Part shown: positions 12,711-23,113 of the stretch, one piece after another
Layout: every line of letters begins with the position of its first letter
Numbering within the stretch: the first letter of the stretch is position 1
Assembly (NCBI GenBank): GCA_963764725.1
Contig: CAVXTM010000015.1
Coordinates: forward strand, 224,001-288,000
Length of the DNA stretch: 64,000 bases
Origin: an uncultured Gammaproteobacteria bacterium
GTDB lineage: Bacteria; Pseudomonadota; Gammaproteobacteria; JACCXJ01
Direction: 5' to 3'
Notes under the pieces: generated by a model
The model's database searches: none
Told to the model about the DNA's origin: nothing
Seen by the model: the letters and a program-made list of their open reading frames with translations, nothing else
Position numbers and translations under genes: made by a program

Positions 12711-13076
12711 GTGATTACATACGCCTACTGGATACTGATCATAGGGCTTGCGGCCCTGGCCTTGTTCGTCATCGGCTCGAAACTGAATAAGTGGACGGCG
12801 GCACTGGTGATAGCGTCCATCATTCTCGTCGTCGGCTGGGCGGCGTATTTTTTCCACTATCAGCAGGTATTCGTGAAGCACTGGGGTGGCGTCATGTCCA
12901 TTGACGTCCCCGCCGGCCAGCACCACATTGGGGCGACGTGGAAGGATGATAACCTCTGGGTCGAGAACTACGACCCCGCGACCAATACCTGTGAGTTTCG
13001 CGAGTACGCCAGAGGAAATCTGCTGCAAGGCCACGTTTTGATAAAGAATTGCAACCCCGTGTTTCCAAGACAGTAG
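12711..13076 (+). CDS. Small membrane protein (2 N-terminal TM helices and a WGG..TWKDDNLW domain)
   Basis: GAAGGAG RBS and GTG start; 121 aa; two hydrophobic helices. Confidence 0.8.
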   Translation: MITYAYWILIIGLAALALFVIGSKLNKWTAALVIASIILVVGWAAYFFHYQQVFVKHWGGVMSIDVPAGQHHIGATWKDDNLWVENYDPATNTCEFREYARGNLLQGHVLIKNCNPVFPRQ

Positions 13077-13129
13077 CGCACGCCACAGACGTTACGACAA
13101 ACGGTCGCCGTGTTTTATACATCCGGCGG

Positions 13130-13420
13130 CTAGGTATCTATCACCTTCGGGACACAATAAAGCCCGGCCTCCACATGTGCGGCAATTGCTTGAAACGCTT
13201 CTCTCTGATCCCCTTCCGTGACCACGTCGTCGCGGAGTCTCAGGCTCAGCTCCAGAGGATGGGCGAGCGGTGCGACGCTGACTGTATCCACGGTGTTCAT
13301 TTGTTCGACCAAGGCCAGGATGCTTGAAAGCTGCCGCGCATACTCGGGAATGTCGTTGTCACTCAACTTTAGCTGCGCCAACCATGCGATTCTCTCCACG
13401 TCGGTTTTCTCTAGGGCCAT
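13130..13420 (-). CDS. gatC: Asp/Glu-tRNA amidotransferase subunit C (copy 2)
   Basis: Identical to copy 1 except one M/V difference. Confidence 0.93.
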   Translation of the reverse strand: MALEKTDVERIAWLAQLKLSDNDIPEYARQLSSILALVEQMNTVDTVSVAPLAHPLELSLRLRDDVVTEGDQREAFQAIAAHVEAGLYCVPKVIDT

Positions 13421-13591
13421 TTCAGCTCGCCATGCGGGTCCGGGATCCCAAATTTACCACAGCCACAAGCTTGCTCGAAGCCTTGGCGACTGGTACAGTG
13501 ACACATGCGTTGACCTGGGGAAACGTTTAGTTCGTAGTTCTTAATCGCACCGGGGGGCTTTCACCGCCCGCATTCGCGAGTGGCGTTTGGT

Positions 13592-14638
13592 ATGTTTAGC
13601 CGATTGCGCGGATTTTTTTCGAACGACTTATCCATCGATCTGGGGACGGCGAATACGCTCATCTATATGCGCGGAAAGGGCGTCGTTCTGAACGAGCCCT
13701 CGGTCGTGGCCATTCGCCAGAGCTCGAATCATTCCAACCAAAAGAGGATCGCAGCCGTCGGCACTGAGGCCAAGCGTATGTTAGGACGCACGCCGGGCAA
13801 TATCACGGCGACGCGTCCGCTCAAGGATGGGGTCATCGCGGATTTTACCGTCACCGAAAAAATGCTGCAGCACTTCATGCATAAGGTCCATGGGAATCGC
13901 TTCTTGAAGCCGAGCCCGCGGGTCGTGGTGTGCGTACCCTGCGGCTCGACACAGGTGGAGCGGCGGGCCATCCGCGAATCAGCGGCCGGGGCGGGCGCGC
14001 GCGATGTCTACCTGCTGGAAGAGCCTTTGGCCGCGGCCATCGGCGCCGGGTTGCCAGTCAGCGATGCCAGCGGCTCCATGGTCTTGGATATCGGCGGGGG
14101 CACCTCGGAGGTCGCGATTATATCGCTTAACGGCATTGTATTTGCAGATTCCGTGCGTATCGGCGGCGATCGATTGGACGACGCGATCATCAATTATGTG
14201 CGCCGTAACTACGGGACCCTGATCGGGGATGCGACCGCCGAGCGTATCAAGCACACGATAGGTTGCGCCTATCCCGGCGATGAGGTGAGGGAAATGGAGG
14301 TACGGGGTAGGAATCTTGCCGAAGGGCTGCCCCGCAGCTTCACCCTGAACAGCAACGAGATCTTGGAGGCCTTGCAGGAGCCCTTGTCGGGAATCGTAAG
14401 CGCCGTGAAGACATCCCTGGAAAAGACACCGCCGGAGCTCGCCTCGGACGTCTCGGAGCGCGGCATGGTGTTAACCGGTGGAGGCGCCTTGCTCCGGGAC
14501 ATCGATCGGCTGCTGAAAGAGGAAACCGGGATCCCGGTGGTGATGGCCGAGGACCCGCTCACCTGCGTCGCGCGCGGTGGTGGGCGCGTACTGGAACTGA
14601 TCGACGAGCTCGGTCCCGAGGTTTTATCCTTAGAGTAA
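13592..14638 (+). CDS. mreB: Rod shape-determining protein MreB
   Basis: [41 protein letters not shown]. Confidence 0.99.
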   Translation: MFSRLRGFFSNDLSIDLGTANTLIYMRGKGVVLNEPSVVAIRQSSNHSNQKRIAAVGTEAKRMLGRTPGNITATRPLKDGVIADFTVTEKMLQHFMHKVHGNRFLKPSPRVVVCVPCGSTQVERRAIRESAAGAGARDVYLLEEPLAAAIGAGLPVSDASGSMVLDIGGGTSEVAIISLNGIVFADSVRIGGDRLDDAIINYVRRNYGTLIGDATAERIKHTIGCAYPGDEVREMEVRGRNLAEGLPRSFTLNSNEILEALQEPLSGIVSAVKTSLEKTPPELASDVSERGMVLTGGGALLRDIDRLLKEETGIPVVMAEDPLTCVARGGGRVLELIDELGPEVLSLE

Positions 14639-14662
14639 GCGTCAACACGGCACGGAGGTATT

Positions 14663-15538
14663 GTGGCGGAAAAGACCCTATTTCGGCGCGGGCCGCTGCT
14701 CCGGTTACGTCTCGGCCTGCTGTTGTTGACATCGCTCGGCTTGATGATCGTCGATCATCGGCGCGAGCAGCTGGAGGACGTACGCGGGGTCCTCTCGCTC
14801 GTGGTGTATCCGCTTCAGTACGTCGTAAACCTTCCGCAGGAAATCGTTCGCGGGGTGCGTAAAGCGCTCGTAACCAAATCCAGCTTAATCGCCGAGAATC
14901 GACTTCTGCGCAGGCAAAACCTGATACTTAAGACACGTTCCCAGCGGTTTGCGGCGTTGGAAGCGGAAAACATGCGCTTGCGGGAGTTGCTGGAATCGTC
15001 GCTGGAGGTGAACGAGCGGGTGTTGGTAGCCGATGTAATCGCCTTGGAGCTGGTCCCGCCCAGCCGAACCGTGGTGCTGGACAAGGGCAGCCAGCAGGGC
15101 GTCTATCAAGGTCAACCGATCATCGATGGCGACGGCATCATGGGACAGATCATCCATGTGAACCCGATTTCATCCACGGCCTTGCTCGTCACCGATATCA
15201 GTCATGCCTTGCCGGTGCAAATCAATCGCAGCGGCGTACGCGCCATCGCCAGCGGCAGCGGTTCGGCCGATGGTCTGGAGCTCGCGCACGTACCGTTGAA
15301 CGCCGATGTGAAACGCGGCGATCTAATCGTCTCTTCGGGCCTTGATGGGCGTTTCCCGGCCGGGTACCCGGTGGGCGTGGTGACTGAAATCAGCGTCGAT
15401 CCGGGTGAACCTTTCGCGAAAGTCATGGCGGTCGCAAGCGCGAAGGTCGAACAAGCGCGGGAGGTCCTTTTGCTTTGGCCCGACAGGCGGCGGAGCCCCG
15501 ATCATCCTTCGTCCAGGGAGAGTATCGCGTTTCAATGA
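14663..15538 (+). CDS. mreC: Rod shape-determining protein MreC
   Basis: ENMRLRELL, DKGSQQG, SSGLDGRFPAGYPVG; operon position. Confidence 0.96.
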   Translation: MAEKTLFRRGPLLRLRLGLLLLTSLGLMIVDHRREQLEDVRGVLSLVVYPLQYVVNLPQEIVRGVRKALVTKSSLIAENRLLRRQNLILKTRSQRFAALEAENMRLRELLESSLEVNERVLVADVIALELVPPSRTVVLDKGSQQGVYQGQPIIDGDGIMGQIIHVNPISSTALLVTDISHALPVQINRSGVRAIASGSGSADGLELAHVPLNADVKRGDLIVSSGLDGRFPAGYPVGVVTEISVDPGEPFAKVMAVASAKVEQAREVLLLWPDRRRSPDHPSSRESIAFQ

Positions 15539-16023
15539 TGGCGGAACAAGGCGGATCGGCTTGGGCAATTCCGGTGACCTTGCTGGCGGCGATCGTACTC
15601 ACGCTTATGCCCCTGCCTGACTGGGCGGTAGCATGGCGGCCCGCGTGGACGGCCATGGTGTTGATCTATTGGTGCATGGCCGTACCGGACCGCGTCGGTA
15701 TCGGCGTCGCTTGGGGCATCGGGCTAGTACTTGACGCCTTGGAGGGGAGTCTGCTTGGGCAACACGCCGCCGGGTTCGCGATCATCGCCTACCTCACCGT
15801 GACGAATCACCGGCGCTTGCGTACCTTTTCATGGTTTCAACAGTCCTTATGCGTGGGTCTGCTAGTCGCAACCAATGCGCTATTGAAGACCTGGGTCCAA
15901 GGAATCATGGGCTTAATCCCGGACTACGCGATCCACTGGTTGCCTGTCATCTCGACCATGGTGTTCTGGCCATGGCTCTATCTGGTGTTGCGGGATATGC
16001 GCCGCAAACACGGCATCGTTTAA
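15535..16023 (+). CDS. mreD: Rod shape-determining protein MreD
   Basis: Hydrophobic; RPAW..VLIYW, GLVLDALEGSLLGQHA; ATGA overlap with mreC. Confidence 0.94.
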   Translation: MMAEQGGSAWAIPVTLLAAIVLTLMPLPDWAVAWRPAWTAMVLIYWCMAVPDRVGIGVAWGIGLVLDALEGSLLGQHAAGFAIIAYLTVTNHRRLRTFSWFQQSLCVGLLVATNALLKTWVQGIMGLIPDYAIHWLPVISTMVFWPWLYLVLRDMRRKHGIV

Positions 16024-16170
16024 GGAAGCTCTGCAAAAGTTACTGCGCAGCCCATATGCTTTGTCGCGTGCTCGCTCGTCGCTCGCCTATCTACCTGATA
16101 TGTCTCGCGACTCGCTCCGCAGCTTCGCGCATCTTGCCTTGCTCGCGAAACTTTTGCAGAGCTTCCTTAA
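16020..16170. mobile_element. MITE-like palindromic element at the mreD stop codon
   Basis: Perfect 22-bp terminal IR TTAAGGAAGCTCTGCAAAAGTT / AACTTTTGCAGAGCTTCCTTAA; 143-bp core flanked by TTAA. Confidence 0.85.
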
Positions 16171-16285
16171 CCGGTTTGACCCGTGGGCTTAGAGAGGGCG
16201 TTCCCATCGGCGTCGAATTTCTAGGCCGCGTTTAACGGCATGCGTTAACTGTTGTGCCGCTCCGGCAAGCTAGAATAACGAACAG

Positions 16286-18160
16286 GTGCCTTACCCACTT
16301 GTCCTTACGGATTCGGGAACCGAGACGCGGGTTTTTCGTAACCGCGTCATCGCTTCGCTCGTGATTATGGGGGTGTCGCTATTGCTGGTCATCGGGCGGC
16401 TTATCAAGCTTCAGGTATTCGAGCACGACCGCTATAAGACGCTATCGCAAGAGAATCGGCTCAAGATCGTGCCGGTTGCTCCGACACGTGGACTTATATA
16501 CAGCCATGACGGCGTGCTCCTAGCCGACAACCGGCCTTCGTTCAGCCTCGAGGTCGTACCGGAAAGGACGCCCGATCTCCCTAAGGTCATGCGTGAGCTG
16601 CGGGAGTTGATGACGATTGGCGATGATGATCTCAAGAACTTCTATCGGGCCGTGCGCAAAAAGCGCAGATTCGAAGGGGTGCCCTTGCTGAGTAATGTCG
16701 GCGAGGAGGACGTTGCGCGCTTTGTCGTCGATCGTCACCGCTTCCCAGGCGTGGCGATTGTTGCGCGTTTAAGCCGCTACTACCCGCGTGGAGCGCAGCT
16801 GGTTCACGTCGTCGGCTACATGGGCCAGATCGACGAGGCGGAGACCAAGCAATTGGACACCTCCAACTACAGCGCGACCCGCCACATCGGTAAAACCGGC
16901 GTGGAAAAATCCTATGAAGCGGTGCTCCACGGCCGTGTGGGTTATCAAGAAGTGGAGGTGAATGCCGAAGGACGCGTGATCAGGGTTTTGAAGCGCGTGC
17001 CGTCAGAATCGGGTCGGGACCTGCATCTGTCTATCGATACCCGGCTGCAACGTGCGGCTTTGCAGGAGCTTGGAGCGAAACGGGGCGCGGTGCTGGCCGC
17101 CGATCCTCGAACCGGAGCGGTGTTGGCCTTGGTCAGTAACCCGGTGCATGACCCGAATGTATTCGTCGGCGGTATCGGCATCGACGAGTACAAAGCATTG
17201 CGTGATTCCCCGGATCGACCGCTTTTCAACCGCGCGCTACAAGGAGTGTATCCACCCGGTTCCACGATCAAACCGTTCGTGGCGTTGGCCGGCCTGGACT
17301 CAGGGTTGAGAACGCCCGAGACGGCGAGCTGGTGCCCCGGTTGGTACAGCCTTGCCGGACAACGGCACAAGTACCGCTGTTGGAAAAAGACCGGTCACGG
17401 GCATGTCGATCTCGGGCGGGCCGTCGCCCAATCTTGCGATGTGTATTTTTACCGCCTGGCGCACGATCTCGAAATTGAGCGTTTGCACGGCTACCTGAGC
17501 CGGTTCAACTTCGGACACCCTACGGGAATCGATTTACCGAGTGAGGCATCCGGACTTCTGCCCTCGCCAGCGTGGAAACGAGAGTCGCGGCACCTTGCCT
17601 GGTACCCTGGGGAGACCTTGATCACCGGCATTGGGCAAGGATTCCTATTGGCGACGCCCTTGCAGCTCGTGATGGCCACGGCGATGCTCGCTAACGGCGG
17701 CCGCCGCGTTACCCCACGCGTCGTGAGCCACACGGTTGACCGCCGGACTCAGACGAGCACTCCGGTGGAGGACCCCGCCAAGGCCGAAGCTCCCTTCATC
17801 AGCGCCGCCGACCGGCAACGGATCGTTCAATCCATGGAACGGGTGGTTCACGGTAGCGATGGCACGGCCCGAACGGTCGGCCTGGATGCGCCGTTTCGGT
17901 TTGCCGGGAAAACCGGTACTTCCCAGGTGTTCAGAATCAAGCAAGGGCAGGTGATCAACAACAAAAACGTACCGGAGCATCTTCGTGATCACGCCCTATT
18001 CATAGCATTTGCCCCGGTGGAAGCGCCGGTTATCGTGCTGGCGATCGTGGTCGAGCACGGGGGCAGCGGCAGCCAGGCCGCGGCGCCGATCGCGCGCAGA
18101 CTCTTGGATCAGTATCTTAACGTCGACACGACGGAGGTACAGCAAGTTGGCGGTCGATAG
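16286..18160 (+). CDS. mrdA: Penicillin-binding protein 2
   Basis: YPPGSTIK (SxxK), QSCDVYFY (SxD), AGKTGTSQ (KTG); N-terminal TM. Confidence 0.97.
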   Translation: MPYPLVLTDSGTETRVFRNRVIASLVIMGVSLLLVIGRLIKLQVFEHDRYKTLSQENRLKIVPVAPTRGLIYSHDGVLLADNRPSFSLEVVPERTPDLPKVMRELRELMTIGDDDLKNFYRAVRKKRRFEGVPLLSNVGEEDVARFVVDRHRFPGVAIVARLSRYYPRGAQLVHVVGYMGQIDEAETKQLDTSNYSATRHIGKTGVEKSYEAVLHGRVGYQEVEVNAEGRVIRVLKRVPSESGRDLHLSIDTRLQRAALQELGAKRGAVLAADPRTGAVLALVSNPVHDPNVFVGGIGIDEYKALRDSPDRPLFNRALQGVYPPGSTIKPFVALAGLDSGLRTPETASWCPGWYSLAGQRHKYRCWKKTGHGHVDLGRAVAQSCDVYFYRLAHDLEIERLHGYLSRFNFGHPTGIDLPSEASGLLPSPAWKRESRHLAWYPGETLITGIGQGFLLATPLQLVMATAMLANGGRRVTPRVVSHTVDRRTQTSTPVEDPAKAEAPFISAADRQRIVQSMERVVHGSDGTARTVGLDAPFRFAGKTGTSQVFRIKQGQVINNKNVPEHLRDHALFIAFAPVEAPVIVLAIVVEHGGSGSQAAAPIARRLLDQYLNVDTTEVQQVGGR

Positions 18161-19244
18161 CCTGCGCCCGGCCATTAATCGGTTTCATCTCGATCCGCCT
18201 CTGCTTACCGGAGTGCTGATCTTGTGTGCGATGGGTTTGCTTGTGCTCTATAGCGCCAGCGCGCAACAGATGGGAATTGTCATTGGCCAAGGCGTGAAGA
18301 TGATCGCCGGGCTTGGGATCCTGGTCGGAATGGCGCAGATTCCCCCGGCCCAATTCAGACGCTGGGCACCCTGGTTCTATGTGATTGGCCTGGCGCTGCT
18401 CGGTTTGGTGATGCTTCTCGGCACGGGGCGCGGCGCCCAGCGCTGGCTCGATCTCGGCGTCATACGTTTTCAACCTTCGGAGCTGATGAAGATCGCGGTG
18501 CCGATGATGGTGTGTTGGTATTTGAGCAACGCGGGAATGGCCCCGGGCTTTCGCCGCACGCTCGTGACCCTTGGCATAGTTGTTATTCCAGCGGCTTTTA
18601 TTGCCGAGCAGCCGGATCTCGGCACCGCGACCTTGGTGGCGGCGATCGGTCTGTCGGTATTGTTTTTAGCCGGCGTAAGCTGGCGCTTGCTCGGCGTTGG
18701 GGCGGTCGTAACCGCAGCGGGCGCGCCGGTTCTTTGGTATTACATGCATGAATACCAGCGCCAGCGCTTGCTCACTTTGTTGGATCCGGAGAACGATCCG
18801 CTCGGGTCGGGCTATCATATTATCCAATCCATGATTGCCGTCGGTTCCGGAGGATTGTTCGGCAAGGGTTGGTTAAATGGCACGCAATCACACTTGGAAT
18901 TTTTGCCGGAGCGGTCAACCGACTTTATTTTCGCCGTGCTGTGCGAGGAATTCGGATTAATGGGTGTGTTACTGCTTCTGAGCGTTTATCTGTTCGTGAT
19001 CCTGCGCGGTTTCACGATCGCCCTTGGGGCGCAAGAAAGCTTCCTGCGCTTATTCGCGGGGAGCCTTACGATCACGCTGTTCATTTATATATTTGTCAAT
19101 ATGGGTATGGTGGTCGGCCAATTGCCGGTTGTCGGCATCCCGTTGCCTTTCATTAGCTACGGAGGAACCTCGCTCGTGACTCTGCTCGCGAGTTTCGGTA
19201 TTCTGATGTCTATTCACACCCACAAACGACTACTGTCGAATTGA
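18147..19244 (+). CDS. rodA: Rod shape-determining protein RodA (SEDS family)
   Basis: GAQRWLDLG, FQPSELMK, QPDLGT, LPERSTDFIF, PFISYGGTS; start inferred at TTG after GGAGG. Confidence 0.96.
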   Translation: MAVDSLRPAINRFHLDPPLLTGVLILCAMGLLVLYSASAQQMGIVIGQGVKMIAGLGILVGMAQIPPAQFRRWAPWFYVIGLALLGLVMLLGTGRGAQRWLDLGVIRFQPSELMKIAVPMMVCWYLSNAGMAPGFRRTLVTLGIVVIPAAFIAEQPDLGTATLVAAIGLSVLFLAGVSWRLLGVGAVVTAAGAPVLWYYMHEYQRQRLLTLLDPENDPLGSGYHIIQSMIAVGSGGLFGKGWLNGTQSHLEFLPERSTDFIFAVLCEEFGLMGVLLLLSVYLFVILRGFTIALGAQESFLRLFAGSLTITLFIYIFVNMGMVVGQLPVVGIPLPFISYGGTSLVTLLASFGILMSIHTHKRLLSN

Positions 19245-19253
19245 GGAGCACGT

Positions 19254-20264
19254 TTGAAGGCGTTGATTGGGGCCGTGTGCCTTGGAATTTCCTGCATCGG
19301 ATCGTCGTTTGCGAGCGAGCTTGATCGCAATGCGGTCAAGGAATTTATCGATGAGATGGTTGCAGGCCACGCTTTTTCGCGCGGCGATCTCGATGCTTTG
19401 TTCCGTGAAGTCCGCTTGGCGCCCATGGTATTGGCGGCGATCGCGAAACCCGCCGAGTCCAAGCCTTGGTATCAATACCGCGCCAACTTTGTAACGCCCG
19501 AGCGAACCGAAGCAGGCGTCGATTTCTGGGCCCGTAACCGCGTGGCCCTGGAACGGGCGGAACGTGTTTTTGGCGTACCGCCTCACATCATCGTCGGCAT
19601 CATTGGGGTCGAGACCTACTTCGGAAGGAATACCGGCACGCATGTGGTCGCGGACGCACTCAGCACCCTGGCGTTTCACTTTCCGCCACGCGCTGCGTTC
19701 TTTCGTAGCGAGCTCGAGAGCTTCCTGCTGTTCACGCGAGATCATGGCATGGATGCGCTAACGATTAAGGGGTCCTATGCCGGCGCCATGGGGATCCCTC
19801 AATTTATGCCCAGTAGCTATCGCCGCTTCGCGGTGGATTTCGATCACGACGGCCACGCGGACATTTGGGGGAATCCGGCCGATGCGATCGCCAGCGTGGG
19901 AAACTATCTAAAAGCCCACGGTTGGGAAGCCGGAAAGCCCATCGTGGTGCCCGCCCGCGTCACGGGGCGGCAGTATGATACCTTCTTGTATCAAGGCCGA
20001 GAGCCCAGTGCGCGCTTGAAAACGATGCGGGACGCGGGGATCATCCCGGAGAAACGCGTGGGCGATGACTTGCTCGCGTTTCTTGTCGCCTTGGACACCG
20101 GCGCCGGCCGGGAATTTTGGCTGGGGCTGAAAAACTTCTTCGTGATAACGCGCTATAATCATAGCACCTTATACGCGATGGCCGTATTTCAACTGGCCAA
20201 GGCCGTCAGGCACGGTCATAAGAACAGCGAAGCTTATCCGCGTGATCCCATCGCTAGCCACTAA
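19254..20264 (+). CDS. mltB: Lytic murein transglycosylase B
   Basis: IIGVETYFG, GSYAGAMGIPQFMPSSY, ITRYNHS. Confidence 0.95.
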   Translation: MKALIGAVCLGISCIGSSFASELDRNAVKEFIDEMVAGHAFSRGDLDALFREVRLAPMVLAAIAKPAESKPWYQYRANFVTPERTEAGVDFWARNRVALERAERVFGVPPHIIVGIIGVETYFGRNTGTHVVADALSTLAFHFPPRAAFFRSELESFLLFTRDHGMDALTIKGSYAGAMGIPQFMPSSYRRFAVDFDHDGHADIWGNPADAIASVGNYLKAHGWEAGKPIVVPARVTGRQYDTFLYQGREPSARLKTMRDAGIIPEKRVGDDLLAFLVALDTGAGREFWLGLKNFFVITRYNHSTLYAMAVFQLAKAVRHGHKNSEAYPRDPIASH

Positions 20265-21072
20265 AGCCGGCCGAAGCTGCAGGTACGCCTTTCTACTCTG
20301 TCTAGGCCTGTTAGCCGCGGGGTGTGGCACGGCGCCCTTGCGGCAAAAACCCGTCCCTCCCTCTCCGACGGAAATAATTCCCGATCCCGGCCCGACGGTG
20401 CGGGACGAACCCTTGAGTCGTTACGGTAACCCCGAATTTTACGAGGTCTTCGGCCGGCGTTATCGCCCGTTGAAGAATGCCGCGGGATTCGCGGAACGCG
20501 GGATCGCCTCTTGGTATGGCCCTGACTTTCACCTGCGCCGCACCTCGAGCGGAGAGACCTACGATATGTATAAGATGACGGCGGCGCATCGGGTCTTGCC
20601 GTTGCCGACCTATGTTGAGGTCACCAATCTGGAGAACGGCCGCCGGGCCATCGTAAGGGTCAACGATCGGGGACCGTTCAAGGACGATCGTGTCATCGAC
20701 CTTTCCTTTGCGGCGGCCGTCAAGCTCGGTGTTCATGGACCCGGCACGGCGCGTGTCGAGCTGCGGACCATCGCGCCTGGCCGCCGGCCGGCGGTCCGTG
20801 CTACGGCTCCGTCGCCGCTCCATCGAACGCAAAAGCGCTCCGGGTATTATTTGCAGGTGGGCGCCTTTTCCGACATGAGCAACGCCGAGCGCCTGCGCAA
20901 CCATATCGTAGCGATGCTCGACAAAAGCGTTGAGATTCGGCCGGACGTCATCGCGGACAAATCCTATTACCTAGTGCACGTCGGTCCGTTGGCAACGACG
21001 GCGGCCGCAAGCCGCATTGCCGCGCGGCTTACGCGGATGGGCGTCCGAGACCATCGCCTAATCGAAAACTGA
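20242..21072 (+). CDS. rlpA: Septal ring lytic transglycosylase RlpA (DPBB and SPOR domains)
   Basis: Lipobox LAAGC, GIASWYG, TAAHRVLPLP, VNDRGPF, YLQVGAF. Confidence 0.94.
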   Translation: MIPSLATKAGRSCRYAFLLCLGLLAAGCGTAPLRQKPVPPSPTEIIPDPGPTVRDEPLSRYGNPEFYEVFGRRYRPLKNAAGFAERGIASWYGPDFHLRRTSSGETYDMYKMTAAHRVLPLPTYVEVTNLENGRRAIVRVNDRGPFKDDRVIDLSFAAAVKLGVHGPGTARVELRTIAPGRRPAVRATAPSPLHRTQKRSGYYLQVGAFSDMSNAERLRNHIVAMLDKSVEIRPDVIADKSYYLVHVGPLATTAAASRIAARLTRMGVRDHRLIEN

Positions 21073-21130
21073 TACGCTCTTTCCGGGCGGCATGCCTTCA
21101 CGTATGCGCCCATGCGTTTTGAAAACCACC

Positions 21131-22264
21131 ATGAAAAGCTTTTCACTCTTGGTCCTACTGTCGGTGTTGTCGAACCGGGGGCATGCCGTTGAGGCGCCGA
21201 TGGCGCCCCCGCCGCGAATCGACGCCGCGGCACACGTTTTGATGGATTATCACAGTGGCGAGCTCCTCGCCGAGGGCAACCCGGACCAGCGTTGGGAACC
21301 CGCGAGCCTGACCAAGATCATGACGATGTACGCGCTCGCTCACGAGCTGCAGGAAGGGAATGTCGCCTTGGAGGATCCGGTAACCATCAGCGAGCAGGCG
21401 TGGCGCATGGGCGGGTCGAAGATGTTTATCGAAGTCGGCAAACAGGTCTCCCTCAAGGACCTATTAATGGGCGTGGTCATCCAGTCGGGCAACGACGCGA
21501 GCGTTGCGCTCGCCGAGCATATTTCCGGCTCCGAAGAGGTCTTCGCGGAGCTCATGAACCAGCACGCGCGGCGTATCGGTCTTAAAAACACTCACTTTAC
21601 CAACACCTCGGGGCTTCCCGACCCAAAGCACTACTCGACGGCGCGCGATCTTGCCCTCCTGTCCAGGGCGCTCGTCCGAGATTATCCGGATGTTTACGCA
21701 CTTTCCAAGATCAAGGAATTCACTTTTAACGGTATTAAACAACCTAACCGCAACAAGCTCCTGTGGCGCGATGCGTCCGTAGACGGCCTCAAGACCGGAC
21801 ACACGCAGGGCGCCGGGTATTGTTTGGTGGCCTCCGCGCTGCGCGACGACATGCGTCTAATTTCGGTGGTACTGGGGGCGAAAACGGAAAAGGAGCGCGG
21901 CGCCGCAACCCAAGGATTACTCAATTATGGATTCCGGTTTTACGAAACCCATCGCCTGTACGCCGCCCATCAAGCGCTCGCCCAGGTTCGCGTGTGGAAG
22001 GGTGAAGCGCAAACCGCCGACGTGGGCCTGCTGGAAGATCTTTTCATCACCTTGCCGCGGCGGCGGCATAAGGATTTGAAGGCGGCGATGCATCTCGAAC
22101 CGCGGATCATTGCTCCGGTAGCAAAAGGGCAACGAGGCGGGACCTTGAAGATCAATCTCGGCGGCAAGGAGCTTATGCAAAGGCCGCTGGTTCTACTGAG
22201 TGCCATCGCCGAGGGGCCGCTCTATAAGCGCCTCCTCGACGAAGTCTGGATGCTTATACCGTAA
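21131..22264 (+). CDS. dacA: D-alanyl-D-alanine carboxypeptidase (PBP5/6)
   Basis: PASLTKIM, QSGNDAS, GLKTGHT. Confidence 0.92.
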   Translation: MKSFSLLVLLSVLSNRGHAVEAPMAPPPRIDAAAHVLMDYHSGELLAEGNPDQRWEPASLTKIMTMYALAHELQEGNVALEDPVTISEQAWRMGGSKMFIEVGKQVSLKDLLMGVVIQSGNDASVALAEHISGSEEVFAELMNQHARRIGLKNTHFTNTSGLPDPKHYSTARDLALLSRALVRDYPDVYALSKIKEFTFNGIKQPNRNKLLWRDASVDGLKTGHTQGAGYCLVASALRDDMRLISVVLGAKTEKERGAATQGLLNYGFRFYETHRLYAAHQALAQVRVWKGEAQTADVGLLEDLFITLPRRRHKDLKAAMHLEPRIIAPVAKGQRGGTLKINLGGKELMQRPLVLLSAIAEGPLYKRLLDEVWMLIP

Positions 22265-22276
22265 TCGTTTCCCGCT

Positions 22277-23113
22277 ATGCCGGATTGCTATCTTAACGGT
22301 GAGTTCATCGCACTTGAGTGCGCGCGCGTGTCCGTGTTGGACCGGGGCTTTATTTTCGGTGACGGCGTCTATGAGGTGATTCCGGTATTCAACGGACGCA
22401 CGTTTCGCTTGGGGCAGCACCTCGCGCGGCTGCGTCAGAGCTTGGAGGCGATTCGCATCCCGCAGCCTCTCAGCGAGCGCGAGTGGACGGGCCTATTGAA
22501 TACGCTCGTCGAGCGTAATGGAGGGGGCAACCAATCCCTGTACGTTCAGGTGACCCGCGGGGCTGCCAAGCGCGACCATGTATTGCCCGAGCCTATCGCA
22601 CCGACCGTGTTTGCGATGAGCACATGCCTCGACCCCAAGCCCGGCCACGCACCGGTCAGCGCGATCACCTGTGAGGATATCCGCTGGCATTACTGCGACA
22701 TCAAGGCCATCGATCTGCTGGCGAACGTGATGCTGCGGCAGCGGGCCGCCGATGGCGGGGCTTACGAAGCCATCTTGCTGCGGGACGGCCGGCTGACGGA
22801 GGGCGCGGCCAGCAACGTGTTCATCGCCGCCGGCGGTATTGTCAAAACACCGCCCAAAAGCCATGCGCTCCTGCCGGGGATCACCCGCGACGTGCTGGTG
22901 GAAATATTGCCCTCGGCAGGGATCCCCTGCGTGGAAACCGAGGTTCCGCGGGCCGAGCTGATGAGCGCGGAGGAAATTTGGCTGACGAGCTCGGTCCGCG
23001 AGATCCTGCCGGTGACCGTCTTAGACGGGCACCCCGTGGGCAGCGGTGAGCCGGGACCGCTTTGGTTGCGGGCGTTTGAACTGTACGAAGAGTTTAAGGC
23101 GGGCCAGGCATAA
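22277..23113 (+). CDS. dat: D-amino-acid aminotransferase (PLP fold IV)
   Basis: DRGFIFGDGVYEVI, DIKAIDLL, TEGAASN, LPGITR. Confidence 0.88.
   Translation: MPDCYLNGEFIALECARVSVLDRGFIFGDGVYEVIPVFNGRTFRLGQHLARLRQSLEAIRIPQPLSEREWTGLLNTLVERNGGGNQSLYVQVTRGAAKRDHVLPEPIAPTVFAMSTCLDPKPGHAPVSAITCEDIRWHYCDIKAIDLLANVMLRQRAADGGAYEAILLRDGRLTEGAASNVFIAAGGIVKTPPKSHALLPGITRDVLVEILPSAGIPCVETEVPRAELMSAEEIWLTSSVREILPVTVLDGHPVGSGEPGPLWLRAFELYEEFKAGQA

Larger units (their letters stand above)
12147..13498. repeat. 386-bp direct repeat (12147-12532 and 13113-13498) enclosing 580 bp of unique DNA
   Basis: Copies offset by 966 bp; two substitutions seen; each holds gatC, its upstream region and the first codons of gatA. 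Confidence 0.95.

Noticed and set aside
12892-13122. ORF starting MYK, like gatA
   Set aside because: Only the first codons come from the duplicated gatA start; the rest is mostly antisense to the membrane-protein gene
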